Shown piece after piece: positions 26,395-36,291 of a DNA stretch of 56,036 nt. The translations under genes were made by a program, and so were the position numbers. A model generated the notes under the pieces. It made no database searches. It had not been told where the DNA came from and saw only the letters and a list, made by a program, of their open reading frames with translations. The stretch spans positions 1 to 56,036 of the IMG/VR virus record IMGVR_UViG_3300002894_000009, one strand, 5' to 3'. Each line of letters opens with the position of its first letter. The stretch's first letter is position 1. Source of the DNA: a virus (taxonomy: Duplodnaviria > Caudoviricetes).

Positions 26395-27035
26395 TGCTGT
26401 CCCGCCCGCGGCCTCCGGAGCGCCTGCTCGGGCAGGAAGGCGCGATGACCGCCTATCCCGTCGAGCCGGCGCACGACCTGGAGGCCTGGATGCGGGCCAC
26501 CTTCATCGACGAGGACGCGCCCCTCCTCAACGAGGAACACCTGCATCTCCGCGATGCCCGCCTCGGCGTCCTCTGGTGCTCGCTGCCGAACGCCCGGCAG
26601 GGCAACAGCGTCGTCGGGATGTGCGAGGAGGCCACCTTCATCGGCAACCGCTGGGCCAAGGCTCGGTGGGCGCAGCAGATCGAGGGCTGGTTCGGCTCGG
26701 TGCCGGACTTCCTGCTCACGTTCGACGCCGGTTATGCCGACCAGTGCTCCGATGCCGCGTTCTGCGCGCTTGTCGAGCACGAGCTGCTGCACGCGGGCCA
26801 GAAAAAGGATGCTTGGGGCGCGCCGCGCTTCAGCAAGATGACGGGCCGTCCGGTGTTCGGCATCCGCGGCCACGACGTCGAGGAGTTCGTCGGCATCGTC
26901 GCGCGGTACGGCGCCGGCAACGGTGCGGGCCAGACCCGCGCCCTCGTCGAGGCGGCCGGTCGGGCTCCGATCATCTGCGAGGCTGAGATTGCTGGCGCCT
27001 GTGGCACCTGCGGGCGCGGCCTGACCGGACCCTGA
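26394..27035 (+). CDS. Putative phage metallopeptidase
   Basis: ALVEHELLH (HExxH) and HDVEEF-x-GIV-x-RYG motifs; typical position before terS. Confidence 0.85.
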   Translation: MLSRPRPPERLLGQEGAMTAYPVEPAHDLEAWMRATFIDEDAPLLNEEHLHLRDARLGVLWCSLPNARQGNSVVGMCEEATFIGNRWAKARWAQQIEGWFGSVPDFLLTFDAGYADQCSDAAFCALVEHELLHAGQKKDAWGAPRFSKMTGRPVFGIRGHDVEEFVGIVARYGAGNGAGQTRALVEAAGRAPIICEAEIAGACGTCGRGLTGP

Positions 27036-27043
27036 CAAAAGCC

Positions 27044-27517
27044 ATGGCCCAGCAGACCCTCTCCGACGACGCAAAACGCTTCGTCGTTCAACAGCTTGCG
27101 ATGTTCGAGACCCCCTCGGAGGTCGCGCGCTCGGTCAAGGACGAGTTCGGGATCGAGATCAGCCGACAGGCCGTCGAGGCCTACGACCCGAACAAGCGGG
27201 CCGGCGCGTCGCTGTCGCAGGAGTTCCGGGAGCTTTTCGCGGCCACGCGCGAGACCTTCATCGCCGACACGGCGTCGATCGGCGTGACGCACAAGGTCGT
27301 TCGCCTCCGCACCCTCGCCCGGCTGATTGAGAAGGCAGAGGGTCGCGGCAACGCGGTGCTCGTCGCCTCGCTGCTGGAGCAGGTCGCCAAGGAATGCGGC
27401 GACGCCTTCACGAACAAGCGGCAGGTTGAGGCGACGGGCAAGGATGGCGCCCCGCTGATGGATGGCGGGATCACCGTGACGTTCCTGCGGCCGGCGCCCG
27501 TGCCCGATGCAGGTTGA
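27044..27517 (+). CDS. terS: Terminase small subunit (DUF2280 family)
   Basis: FVVQQLAMFETPSEV...YDPNK...LLEQVAKE-x-G-x-AFTN; E-x-TGKDG-x-P tail. Confidence 0.85.
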   Translation: MAQQTLSDDAKRFVVQQLAMFETPSEVARSVKDEFGIEISRQAVEAYDPNKRAGASLSQEFRELFAATRETFIADTASIGVTHKVVRLRTLARLIEKAEGRGNAVLVASLLEQVAKECGDAFTNKRQVEATGKDGAPLMDGGITVTFLRPAPVPDAG

Positions 27518-28811
27518 GTTCCCGGAAAAGCTCGACTTCCTGTTCGAGCCGGCGCGCTACAAGATCGCCTACGGTGGGCGCGGCGGAGCGAAGTCCTGGG
27601 GCTTCGGCCGCGCGCTCCTGATCCTCGGGGCGCAAAAGCCCCTGCGCATCCTCTGCGCCCGCGAGTTCCAGAACTCGATTGCGGAATCGGCCCACGCGCT
27701 GCTCGCTCAGCAAGTCGATCTGCTCGGGCTGTCCGCCTATTACGACACGCAGGAGAAGCGCATCCTCGGCTCCAACGGGACCGAGTTCATCTTCAAGGGG
27801 CTCCGGCACAACGTCGCCTCGGTAAAGTCGACCGAGGGCGTCGATATCTGCTGGGTTGAGGAAGCCCGCACCGTCTCGAAGGCCTCCTGGGACGTGCTGG
27901 TCCCGACGATCCGCAAGCCGGGCTCGGAGATCTGGATCAGCTTCAACACCGAGCTGGCGGAGGACGAGACCTATAAGCGGTTCGTGAAGAACCCGCCGAC
28001 CGGCGCCCGCGTGGTCAAGATCGGCTGGGAGGACAATCCCTGGTTCCCGGACGTCCTGCGCCAGGAAGCGCTCGACCTGAAGGCCCGCGATCCGATCGCC
28101 TACGAAACGGTCTGGGGCGGCAACTGCAAGCAGGTCCTCGACGGCGCGATCTTCTGCAACGAGATCCTCGCCGCGACGCGGGCCAACCGCTTCACCAGCG
28201 TGCCGTTCGAGCCGGGACAGCCGGTTCACGTCTTCTGCGACCTGGGCCGGGCCGACAAAACGTCGATGTGGTTCGTCCAGGTCGTCGGTCTCGAGTTCCG
28301 GATCCTCGCCTTCTACGAGAACCGCGGGTTCTTCTGGGAGCACTACCTCGACAAGCTCAAGGCGCTGAAGGAAGAGCGCGGCTACACCTACGGCGAGATC
28401 TGGCTGCCGCATGACGCGCAGAACGAGCTTCTCGCCTCGAAGCGCACCATCGAGCAGCAGACCCGCGATGCCGGGTATCGGGTCCGCATCGTTCCGAAGC
28501 TCTCGGTTGCCGGCGGCATCGACGCCGCGCGCCAGGTGTTCGGGCGGTGCTTCTTCGACGAGGATCTCTGCGCCGAGGGCCTGCAGTCGCTCCGAAACTA
28601 CCGGTACGAGGTCGATCCGGCGACGCAGCAGTTCTCGAAGAACCCGCTGCACGATTGGGCCAGCCACGGGGCCGACGCCTTCCGTTACTTCGCCGTCGGC
28701 ATCGCCGAACCGCGCTCCCCCGAGGAGCAGGTGGACGGCCCCAACGACGTCTACGCGCGCCGCCGACGCGAGCGCAGCAGCAGCACTTCAGGATCGGGTT
28801 GGGCGGCATGA
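27507..28811 (+). CDS. terL: Terminase large subunit (PBSX family)
   Basis: YGGRGGAKSW Walker A, WVEEA Walker B, PTIRK, DLG, PHDA, H-x-ADAFRY. Confidence 0.95.
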   Translation: MQVEFPEKLDFLFEPARYKIAYGGRGGAKSWGFGRALLILGAQKPLRILCAREFQNSIAESAHALLAQQVDLLGLSAYYDTQEKRILGSNGTEFIFKGLRHNVASVKSTEGVDICWVEEARTVSKASWDVLVPTIRKPGSEIWISFNTELAEDETYKRFVKNPPTGARVVKIGWEDNPWFPDVLRQEALDLKARDPIAYETVWGGNCKQVLDGAIFCNEILAATRANRFTSVPFEPGQPVHVFCDLGRADKTSMWFVQVVGLEFRILAFYENRGFFWEHYLDKLKALKEERGYTYGEIWLPHDAQNELLASKRTIEQQTRDAGYRVRIVPKLSVAGGIDAARQVFGRCFFDEDLCAEGLQSLRNYRYEVDPATQQFSKNPLHDWASHGADAFRYFAVGIAEPRSPEEQVDGPNDVYARRRRERSSSTSGSGWAA

Positions 28812-30757
28812 CGGACACGGACGCCGATCGCGAGCCCATGAGTGCCGAGGAGAAGGCCGGGCTCGACCGCGCCGCGCTCGGGCGCAAGCTCAAAGCGTGG
28901 TTCAAGGCCGACCGGGAGGCCTCCTCGCACTGGAGACGCGAGGCTCGCGAGGACTTCGATTTCGTCGCCGGCAAGCAGTGGGCGCCTGAGGACGAGGCTG
29001 TGCTGCGTGAGCAGGGCCGCCCGCCGATCACATTCAACCGCGTCCTGCCGGTCATCAAGGCCGTGGCGGGCTCCGAGGTCACCTCGCGCCAGGATATCCA
29101 GTACCTGCCCCGCGAGGTCGGCGACGGCGCGCTGAACGAGGTCCTGACGGAGGGCTCGCGCTACCTCGCCAACGAGGCGGAGGCAGAGGACGAGGAATCG
29201 GACGCGTTCGTCGATACCGCGATCTGCGGCATGGGCTGGGTCGAGATGCGTCTCGATTACGAGATCGACCCCGACGGCGCCTATGTCGAGGACCGGGTCA
29301 ACCCGCTGGAGATGTTCTGGGACGCTTCCGCCGCGAAGCGCAACCTCGCCGACAAGCGCCGGCTCTTCCGGGCCAAAAGCATGGACCGGGCCGAGGCCGA
29401 GGGCCTGTTCCCGGATGTAGACGCGAGCCTGCTGGATGCGGCCTGGGCCGAGGACCGCGACGGCGACGAGCCGCACCGTGAGATCCAGGCCGGCGAGCGC
29501 CGCATCGACCGTCCCGGCACGGCCGAGGAGGGCACGTCTCGCGTCACCATCGTCGAATGCCAATGGTGGGAGCGCGCCAAGGTCGCCGTCGCCATCGACC
29601 TGACCACGGGCGAAGAGACCGAGATGGAGCCGGAGCAGGGCGAAGTGCTCGCGCGCCGCGCCAACGTGCTCGCCATGCCGGTGCAGGTCGTGGGCCGGGT
29701 GAAGCGTCGCTACCGCCGCGCCTTCATCGGCTCCGAGATCCTGGAGGAGGGCCCGGCGCCAGCGGGCGACCGGTTCTCGTATGCCTGCATGACGGGCGAC
29801 CGCGACCAGAACCGGAATAGTTGGTTCGGCATCGTGCGGCCGATGCGCGACCCGCAGCGCTTCGCCAACAAGTGGCTGAGCCAGACGCTCGACATGCTCA
29901 ACCGGCAGGCCAAGGGCGGCATGCTGATGGAGAAGGGCGCGGTCCCGGATCAGCGCCAGTTCGAGGCCTCCTACGCCAAGCCCGGCGCCATCTCCTGGGT
30001 CGAGGATGGTGCTCTCATGGGCGGTCGGATGAAGGAGAAGCCCCTCCCCGTCCTGCCGGCGGGCCACTGGCAGCTCATCGAGTTCGCGATCGGCTCCATC
30101 CGCGACTCGTCCGGCGTGAACCTGGAGCTTCTCGGCCAGCGCCAGGTGCAGCAGGCCGGCGTGCTGGAGTACCAGCGCAAGCAGGCCGCGATGACGATCC
30201 TCGCCGGGCTGTTCGACGCGCTGCGCCGGGCGCGCAAGCACATCGGCCGCGTCCGGCTCTACTACATCCAGAACTTCCTCTCGGACGGGCGCCTGATCCG
30301 CATCGTGGGCGCCAAGGGCACCAAGGTCGTGCCGCTGCTCCGCGACCGCACGGCCGGCAAGTATGACGTCATCATCGACGAGGCACCGTCCTCGCCGAAC
30401 CAGCAGGAGCGGGTCTGGGCGACCTTCGTGCAGGTGCTCCCGATCATCAAGGACATGATCACCCCGCAGGTGCTCCTCGAAATCCTGCCCTACTCGCCGT
30501 TCCCCGACAGCTTCACGGCGAAAATCCGCGAGATGCTGGCCAACGCGCCGACCGATCCGCAGGCGGAGCAGCAGAAGCAGATCGCGGTGCAGACCGCGCT
30601 CGCCAAGATCGAGGACATGGTCGCCGGCGCCGGGCTCAAGCACGCCAAGGCCGAGCGCGAGCGCGGGCTCGCCCAGCAGGATGAACTCGACGGCTTCGCG
30701 AAGGTGGCGGCGATGGCCGCGCCTCCCGCCGGGCCCGCCGCGCTGTTCGCGGCTTAA
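28808..30757 (+). CDS. Portal protein (P22-like)
   Basis: F-x-AG-x-QW...RP-x-ITFNR...G-x-E; GIVR-x2-RDPQR-x2-N; GKYDVIIDEAPS. Confidence 0.9.
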   Translation: MTDTDADREPMSAEEKAGLDRAALGRKLKAWFKADREASSHWRREAREDFDFVAGKQWAPEDEAVLREQGRPPITFNRVLPVIKAVAGSEVTSRQDIQYLPREVGDGALNEVLTEGSRYLANEAEAEDEESDAFVDTAICGMGWVEMRLDYEIDPDGAYVEDRVNPLEMFWDASAAKRNLADKRRLFRAKSMDRAEAEGLFPDVDASLLDAAWAEDRDGDEPHREIQAGERRIDRPGTAEEGTSRVTIVECQWWERAKVAVAIDLTTGEETEMEPEQGEVLARRANVLAMPVQVVGRVKRRYRRAFIGSEILEEGPAPAGDRFSYACMTGDRDQNRNSWFGIVRPMRDPQRFANKWLSQTLDMLNRQAKGGMLMEKGAVPDQRQFEASYAKPGAISWVEDGALMGGRMKEKPLPVLPAGHWQLIEFAIGSIRDSSGVNLELLGQRQVQQAGVLEYQRKQAAMTILAGLFDALRRARKHIGRVRLYYIQNFLSDGRLIRIVGAKGTKVVPLLRDRTAGKYDVIIDEAPSSPNQQERVWATFVQVLPIIKDMITPQVLLEILPYSPFPDSFTAKIREMLANAPTDPQAEQQKQIAVQTALAKIEDMVAGAGLKHAKAERERGLAQQDELDGFAKVAAMAAPPAGPAALFAA

Positions 30758-30948
30758 GCCTTCCGCACCAGCCAGCGGCCGGTGGCGCCCTCATAGAGCA
30801 GAACGTCGTCCGGCGGTTCTTCGAGATCCGCCAGACAGACAAGCTTGGCCCAGATGGCGACCGGCACGGCAACGGGAGAGCCGAGCACCATTCGCTCCAA
30901 CGGCCCATCGGGTGGGAGCGTGATTTGAGGCGGGCGAGCGCTGTCCAT
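30754..30948 (-). CDS. Small counter-oriented moron (64 aa)
   Basis: Fills the portal-scaffold gap; TG-T-TAAGGT-N6-ATG leaderless-type promoter; stop overlaps portal stop. Confidence 0.55.
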   Translation of the reverse strand: MDSARPPQITLPPDGPLERMVLGSPVAVPVAIWAKLVCLADLEEPPDDVLLYEGATGRWLVRKA

Positions 30949-31022
30949 GCCTCAACCTTAACACCTTCCGCCCGGCCGGCGCGACAGTCCGGCCTTCGTC
31001 TCCATCACGTCACGAGGACACC

Positions 31023-32063
31023 ATGAGCGACCAGACCGAGAGCCTGGGCGGCGACGCCTTCACGCCCGAAGAGCAGGCCATGTTCGACGCCTACGAGCGC
31101 GGCGAGGATGCCCCTGCGGCGCCTGTCGGCGGCGGCGAGGCGGCTCCGGCTCCCGAGGCGGCTGCTGATGCCCCCGAGGCTGCTGCCGCGGCTCCCGGCG
31201 CTGCGTCCGCGCCCGGCGATGTGGTCGACCCCGAGGTCGAGGAGGGCTCGGCCGAGGAGAACAAGGGCAAGTTCGTCCGTCATGGCGCCTTCCATCAGGA
31301 GCGCGAGCGCCGGAAGGCCGTCGAGCGCGAGCTGGCCGAGGTCCGCGAGAAGTTCGCCCGCGGCGACGAGCGCCTCCGCCTCCTGTCCGAGGCGATGACG
31401 CGGGCCCCGCAGGCGCCGGCCGCCGCGCAGGCCGCGCCGGAGCCCGAGGCGGTGCCGGATCCGAACGAGGATATCTTCGGGTACGCCAAGTACCTGGAGA
31501 AGCAGATCGCCGACCTCCGCAACGGTCACCAGCAGATGACCGAGGCGCAGAAGCAGCAGGCGGAGCAGGCTCGGGCTGCCGACGAGGAGCGCACCATCGT
31601 CGGGGCGTATCAGCAGGACATCGAGCGCTACGCCGCGACCGAGCCGGCCTTCGTCGAAGCCTACCGGTATCTCGTCTCCGGCCGGGTCGCCGAGCTGAAG
31701 CTCTACGGACTGTCGGACGCGGACGCGATCAAGCAGGCCAACGCGGACGAGCTCGCCTTCGTGCGGGCCGCCGTGCAACGCGGTGTGTCACCCGCCGAGC
31801 AGGCCTTCGCGCTGGCCAAGGCGCGCGGCTTCATGGCCAAGGCGCCGGAGCCGGCCGCCCCGCCCGCCCCCGTGGCCGAGACCCCGCAGGAGCGCCAGAC
31901 GCGCCTCGCCGCCGGGCAGGCTGCCTCGAAGTCGCTCTCCGGTGCCGGTGGCGGCCCGGCCGGCGAGATCACGCTCGAGATGCTGGCCACGATGTCGGAG
32001 GCCGATTTCGAGAAGTTCGCGGCCAAGAACCCGGGCAAGCTCGAAGCCCTGATGGGGGCCTGA
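31023..32063 (+). CDS. Capsid scaffolding protein
   Basis: Acidic Ala/Pro-rich N-terminus, ERERRK coiled coil, MS-x2-DF C-terminus; position after portal. Confidence 0.8.
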   Translation: MSDQTESLGGDAFTPEEQAMFDAYERGEDAPAAPVGGGEAAPAPEAAADAPEAAAAAPGAASAPGDVVDPEVEEGSAEENKGKFVRHGAFHQERERRKAVERELAEVREKFARGDERLRLLSEAMTRAPQAPAAAQAAPEPEAVPDPNEDIFGYAKYLEKQIADLRNGHQQMTEAQKQQAEQARAADEERTIVGAYQQDIERYAATEPAFVEAYRYLVSGRVAELKLYGLSDADAIKQANADELAFVRAAVQRGVSPAEQAFALAKARGFMAKAPEPAAPPAPVAETPQERQTRLAAGQAASKSLSGAGGGPAGEITLEMLATMSEADFEKFAAKNPGKLEALMGA

Positions 32064-32067
32064 TCCC

Positions 32068-32436
32068 ATGTCCGTCGCCATGGTCACCGCGCAACTCGTC
32101 GATGGCGCCGCGGCGCCGATCGGCACGGGCTCGAACCCGCTCGCCGTGACCACGGAGGCGGTCAATCGGGAGGCGGCTGGCTTCACCACGACCAACACCG
32201 CGGGAATCGGCCAAGCGTCGGTTCTCGTGTCGGCCGCCTATCCAGGCGGACGGCGGTCGATCGTGAACGACGGGACGGTGCTGCTGCGGATCGTGAACGC
32301 GGCCGGCGTGACGGCAGGCGGTTTCGCGCTCCCTGTCGGCGCGGCCTACGTCATTGACGGGCAGAACCCGCTCGCGGCGGCGCTTTACGCCTACGCCCCG
32401 ACCGGTGCCGGCTCCGTCTCCGAGATCCGGCAGTAG
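32068..32436 (+). CDS. Beta-rich putative virion protein
   Basis: 122 aa between scaffold and capsid. Confidence 0.6.
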   Translation: MSVAMVTAQLVDGAAAPIGTGSNPLAVTTEAVNREAAGFTTTNTAGIGQASVLVSAAYPGGRRSIVNDGTVLLRIVNAAGVTAGGFALPVGAAYVIDGQNPLAAALYAYAPTGAGSVSEIRQ

Positions 32437-32440
32437 CGCC

Positions 32441-32983
32441 ATGGCAGGCTTCAGCGGTGGGGGCATGGCGTCGGCGGACGTCGCGGCGATCGCTCAGTCG
32501 GTGGCGGAGCAGGCGGCCCACGCCTCGGACGCGATCCTGCCCGACGTGTTCACGGTCGACACGCTGCCGGCGGCGGCGGACAACCTCGACCGGTACGCTC
32601 GGGTCACGGACCTGTTCGGCTCGAAGCGGGATCTCGTGCTCGCGTCGAAGGTGGGGAACGCCGCCTTCTGGCAGCCGGTGCGCCCGGTCTTCGCAGCCAA
32701 GCAGACCGTCATGGCAGACATGACGCTCTACCCGCTGAAGACGCCCTCGGTGCTGCTGCTGGAGGGCAACGTCCCGCTCGGCACCACGCGCAAGATCACG
32801 CTCTCTGCGGAGCGTGCCTTTCCGGGCGCCTCGTTCCGCTTCAAGCAGCGCTCGACGCTTGGCTCCATCCTCGGTGCGCTGCAGATCCTCAACGTCAATC
32901 TGGGCACGCCGGTCTCGGTACTGACCGGCGGCACGCAGGAATTCGTCTTCGACCTCACCGATGGATGGGTGCAGGTCACCTGA
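32441..32983 (+). CDS. Putative virion (head fibre or decoration) protein
   Basis: FTVDTLPAA motif resembling fibre proteins; ATG 32441. Confidence 0.55.
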   Translation: MAGFSGGGMASADVAAIAQSVAEQAAHASDAILPDVFTVDTLPAAADNLDRYARVTDLFGSKRDLVLASKVGNAAFWQPVRPVFAAKQTVMADMTLYPLKTPSVLLLEGNVPLGTTRKITLSAERAFPGASFRFKQRSTLGSILGALQILNVNLGTPVSVLTGGTQEFVFDLTDGWVQVT

Positions 32984-32987
32984 CCCC

Positions 32988-33038
32988 TTGACCCGACGGG
33001 CAAAACAGCCCCAAGGACTATCCGTCGCGAGACGCGCG
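32988..33038 (+). promoter_or_regulatory. Late-promoter motif copy 2
   Basis: TTGACCCGACGGGCAA-N20-GTCGCGAGACGCGCG upstream of the major capsid gene. Confidence 0.7.
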
Positions 33039-33305
33039 GGCACAGCCCCGTCCGCGGCACATCACCAGTTTCGGCATCTCCATCACGCCAGCCGCTTGCG
33101 GCCCTGGCGCGACGACGCATGCCGCTTCGCCTGATCGGACGTCACCCGATCCGCCCACGCCGCGTCAGTGCCTCCGGCTGAGCCCCGTATCGGCTCCCGT
33201 CACACCGTCCCCACGGTCACATGGGGCCCGGCTTCCGTCCGCGCGGCGACGACACGCCCGCACGCACCCTCCCCAACGGAATCCCAGCCCGCAGAGGCCA
33301 GTCCC

Positions 33306-34400
33306 ATGACTTACACCGCGTTCGCCCAGAACGACCCGATGGCTGTGAAGCTGTGGTCGAAGAAGCTCGCCGTCGAGGCCAACAAGTCCATCGACATCGA
33401 TCCCCTGATCGGCACCTCCGACGCCTCCGTGATCCAGGAGAAGGAGGAGACGAAGAAGGGCAACGGCGACCAGGTCACCTTCGGCCTGCGCATGCAGCTC
33501 AAGGGCGCCGGCTTCTCGTCCTCCGACGTCGCCGAGGGCAACGGCGAGCAGCTCGGCACCAACTCCGACAAGGTGACGATCGACGAGCTCGGTCACGTCG
33601 TCGGCGTGAAGTCCGAGAACACGATCGATCAGCAGCGCGTCCCCTTCAACCTGCGTGAGCAGGCCCGCTCCGGCCTCGCTGACTGGTTCCAGACCCGCAA
33701 GACGGTCTCGTTCTTCAACCACGTCTGCGGCTTCACCCCGGCCAACGCGCTCGGCAAGAAGTTCACCGCCAACAACGTCGTCACCGCCCCGTCGCAAGGC
33801 CGCATCCTGCGTCCGAACAACCGCGCCGACGACGGCGCCCTCGTGGCCGGCGACATCTTCACCCTCGACCTGATCGACCGCGCCGTCGAGTTGGCGAAGA
33901 CCGGCGGCCAGGGCAAGAAGGTGATGATCCGTCCCGTCGTGGTGAACGGGAAGAAGTACTACATCCTCTATCTCGCCTCGGAGCAGGTCACCTCGCTGCG
34001 CACCAACACGGCGGCCGGCCAGTGGCTCGATATCCAGAAGGCGGCGATGGCCGGCATGGAGTCGAGCAAGTCCCCGATCTTCTCGGGTGCGCTCGGCGAG
34101 TACAACGGCGTCATCCTCCGCGAGGCGCAGGACATCACCGCCGGCGTCTCGGCCAACGGCCAGAACGCGGTGGCGAACACCCGCCGCGCCGTGCTGCTCG
34201 GCGCGCAGGCGGCCACCATCGCCTACGGCAAGGCCGGCGGTGACACCCGGTACCGCTGGAACGAGGAGCTGCTCGACCACAAGCGCAACCTCGAGGTCTC
34301 GGCCTGGGCGATCTGGGGTCTGAAGAAGACGACCTTCAACGGCGACGACTTCGGCACCGTCGTGATCCCGACCTACGCCAAGCCGGCCGACGCCGCCTAA
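33306..34400 (+). CDS. Major capsid protein (N4-gp56/DUF4043 family)
   Basis: AVKLWSKKL...GDQVTFGL-x2-QL-x-G...QQRV-x-FNLR...PIFSGALGEYNGVIL...LLGAQA...DFG. Confidence 0.92.
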   Translation: MTYTAFAQNDPMAVKLWSKKLAVEANKSIDIDPLIGTSDASVIQEKEETKKGNGDQVTFGLRMQLKGAGFSSSDVAEGNGEQLGTNSDKVTIDELGHVVGVKSENTIDQQRVPFNLREQARSGLADWFQTRKTVSFFNHVCGFTPANALGKKFTANNVVTAPSQGRILRPNNRADDGALVAGDIFTLDLIDRAVELAKTGGQGKKVMIRPVVVNGKKYYILYLASEQVTSLRTNTAAGQWLDIQKAAMAGMESSKSPIFSGALGEYNGVILREAQDITAGVSANGQNAVANTRRAVLLGAQAATIAYGKAGGDTRYRWNEELLDHKRNLEVSAWAIWGLKKTTFNGDDFGTVVIPTYAKPADAA

Positions 34401-34426
34401 GCGGCCCTCCCCGCCTGAATGAACCT

Positions 34427-34464
34427 CGCGCGGGGCTTCGGCTCCGCGCGCCTTCTTCCGTTCT
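34427..34464 (+). terminator. Hairpin terminator after the capsid gene
   Basis: CGCGCGGGGC-TTCG-GCTCCGCGCG followed by a pyrimidine-rich tract. Confidence 0.65.
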
Positions 34465-34484
34465 GATCTGAGAGAGGGCCCACC

Positions 34485-34877
34485 ATGGCCACCAACGTCC
34501 CTCCGGTGAACCCGGCCGCCCGCGAGTACCGCGAGCAGGAAGTCCACTACGTCCGCCGCACCGTCACCTTCTCGAATGGCACCTTCGTGATGCCAGCCTC
34601 CCTGCCCGAGGGTGCCCTCATCACCGCGACGCTCGTCCTCGTCACCACCGCGTTCTCGGCCGGCGCCTCGCTCGTCGTCGGTTCGGCCCCGGGCGGCAAC
34701 GACATCCTGGCCGCGGCCGATTCCGCCGTCACCGCGGCGGGCGCCAAGCGTCCCGACACCGCCACCCTGAAGGGCCCGCTCGCGGCCGACACCACGCTCT
34801 ACGGCACCATCGCAGGCGCGCCGGCCGCGGGCGCCGCGACGATCGTGTTCTTCTTCGTCCCGAACAACGACGGCTGA
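34485..34877 (+). CDS. Capsid decoration/cement-like protein
   Basis: LPEGA-x-I...VTTAF beta-rich small protein after the capsid gene. Confidence 0.7.
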   Translation: MATNVPPVNPAAREYREQEVHYVRRTVTFSNGTFVMPASLPEGALITATLVLVTTAFSAGASLVVGSAPGGNDILAAADSAVTAAGAKRPDTATLKGPLAADTTLYGTIAGAPAAGAATIVFFFVPNNDG

Positions 34878-34976
34878 TGTCCGCCCTCGCGTGGCTGCAC
34901 CTCGCAGCCGCCACGGTCCTGACGGCGGAGCCCAGCGCCCCGCCGTCGCCTTCTCCACCACAGCCGAGCGACGCCG

Positions 34977-35615
34977 ATGCCGGACAATCAGGGCCGCCCG
35001 ACGCTCGCCGAGCTGATCGCGGAAATCGAGGACGACATCGAGCGGGCGGATCTCGGCGCGCAGGTCGCGAAGGCGGTTGAGCGGGCCATCCGGCACTACC
35101 AGCCGGTCCGGTTCTTCTTCAACGAGCGCTCGCTGACGTTCCAGACGCTGCCCGGAACGGACCTCTACGGCCGCGGCGACCGGGACGAGGTCCCGAACCT
35201 GCTCACGATCGACAGCGCCGTGCTGATCGAGAACGAGCAGACCGCCGTGCTGCGGCGGATGCCCGAGACTGAGATCGAGCGCCTCGACGATCCGGCCGGC
35301 CCGGCACGGCCGTGCGCCTTCTCCTACTTCGACCAGGGACTTCGGCTTTGGCCGGTGCCGTCGGGCGAGTGGACGGTCCGCCTCAAGGCGCACGTCCTGT
35401 TGCCGGCGCCGGCACTCGACGAGGGCAACGCCTGGACCGACGAGGCCGGGTCGCTGATCGCCGCGTGGGCGAAGCGGCATCTCGCGCTCAACAGCCTCTC
35501 GAAGCCGTCCCTCGCGCAGGCGCAGGCCCTTCTCGTCGCCGATGAGGAGCGGCGCCTGCGGGGCCGCTCCAACGTCATCGCGTCGTCCGGCCAGATCCAA
35601 GCCTCCTACCTCTGA
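34977..35615 (+). CDS. Head-tail adaptor protein 1
   Basis: TL-x-EL-x3-I-x-DD-x2-R-x-DL...AI-x2-Y...FNE...LWPVP...N-x-W. Confidence 0.7.
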   Translation: MPDNQGRPTLAELIAEIEDDIERADLGAQVAKAVERAIRHYQPVRFFFNERSLTFQTLPGTDLYGRGDRDEVPNLLTIDSAVLIENEQTAVLRRMPETEIERLDDPAGPARPCAFSYFDQGLRLWPVPSGEWTVRLKAHVLLPAPALDEGNAWTDEAGSLIAAWAKRHLALNSLSKPSLAQAQALLVADEERRLRGRSNVIASSGQIQASYL

Positions 35616-35630
35616 CCGGAGTCCGCCCGC

Positions 35631-36290
35631 ATGGCCGATCCCATCACCAATTATCCGACGCTGGTGGCGGCGCTGGAGGAGTATCTCGCCCGAGACGATC
35701 TCCAGAGCTACGCCCCGTTGTTCGTCCAGCAGGCCGAAGGGCGCTTCAACACCGACCTCAAGGTCGTGGACATGCACAAGTCCACGGGTGCCCTGGACCT
35801 CGCTGCGGGTTCGATCGCGCTTCCGGCCGATTTTATCGATTGGGTGGCGGTCGAGTGGACGCCGTCCGCCGGCAGCCCGCAGCGCCCGCTCATGCTGCGC
35901 TACGTCGAGGCCGATTCCCCCGAGTTCCGCACCCGGCACCGCCCGAACGGTCCGGCACAGTTCTACACCGTGCTCGCCGGACGGGTGCGCGTCATGCCCG
36001 CCGCCGCCGGCAAGCTGGAGATGACCTATTACAGCCGCATCCCGGCCCTGTCCGCCGCGCGCACGACGAACTGGCTGATCGAGAAGTCGCCCGAGATCTA
36101 TCTCTACGGTGCTCTCCTGGAGGCGATGCTTTTCCAGAAGGATGAGGAGCGCTCCGGCCAGTGGTTTGGTCTTCTCGATAAGCGTCTCGCCGCCGTCTTC
36201 GGCCAGGCAGACACGCAGAAGACCGGCGCCCGGGTAACGCGCACCGCGGTTGAGAACGCCGAGGCCGCGGCGGCGAAGGCGGTCGTCTGA
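35631..36290 (+). CDS. Head-tail adaptor protein 2
   Basis: ITNY-x2-L...L-x-R-x-DL...F-x3-AE...LP-x-DF...NWL-x3-SPEIYLYGAL. Confidence 0.75.
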   Translation: MADPITNYPTLVAALEEYLARDDLQSYAPLFVQQAEGRFNTDLKVVDMHKSTGALDLAAGSIALPADFIDWVAVEWTPSAGSPQRPLMLRYVEADSPEFRTRHRPNGPAQFYTVLAGRVRVMPAAAGKLEMTYYSRIPALSAARTTNWLIEKSPEIYLYGALLEAMLFQKDEERSGQWFGLLDKRLAAVFGQADTQKTGARVTRTAVENAEAAAAKAVV

Positions 36291-36291
36291 C

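Noticed and set aside
33165-35939. Long opposite-strand ORFs (924 aa here; also 6606-8513, 28751-30643, 38461-39864)
   Set aside because: Antisense shadows of well-supported genes in high-GC DNA; no recognisable motifs
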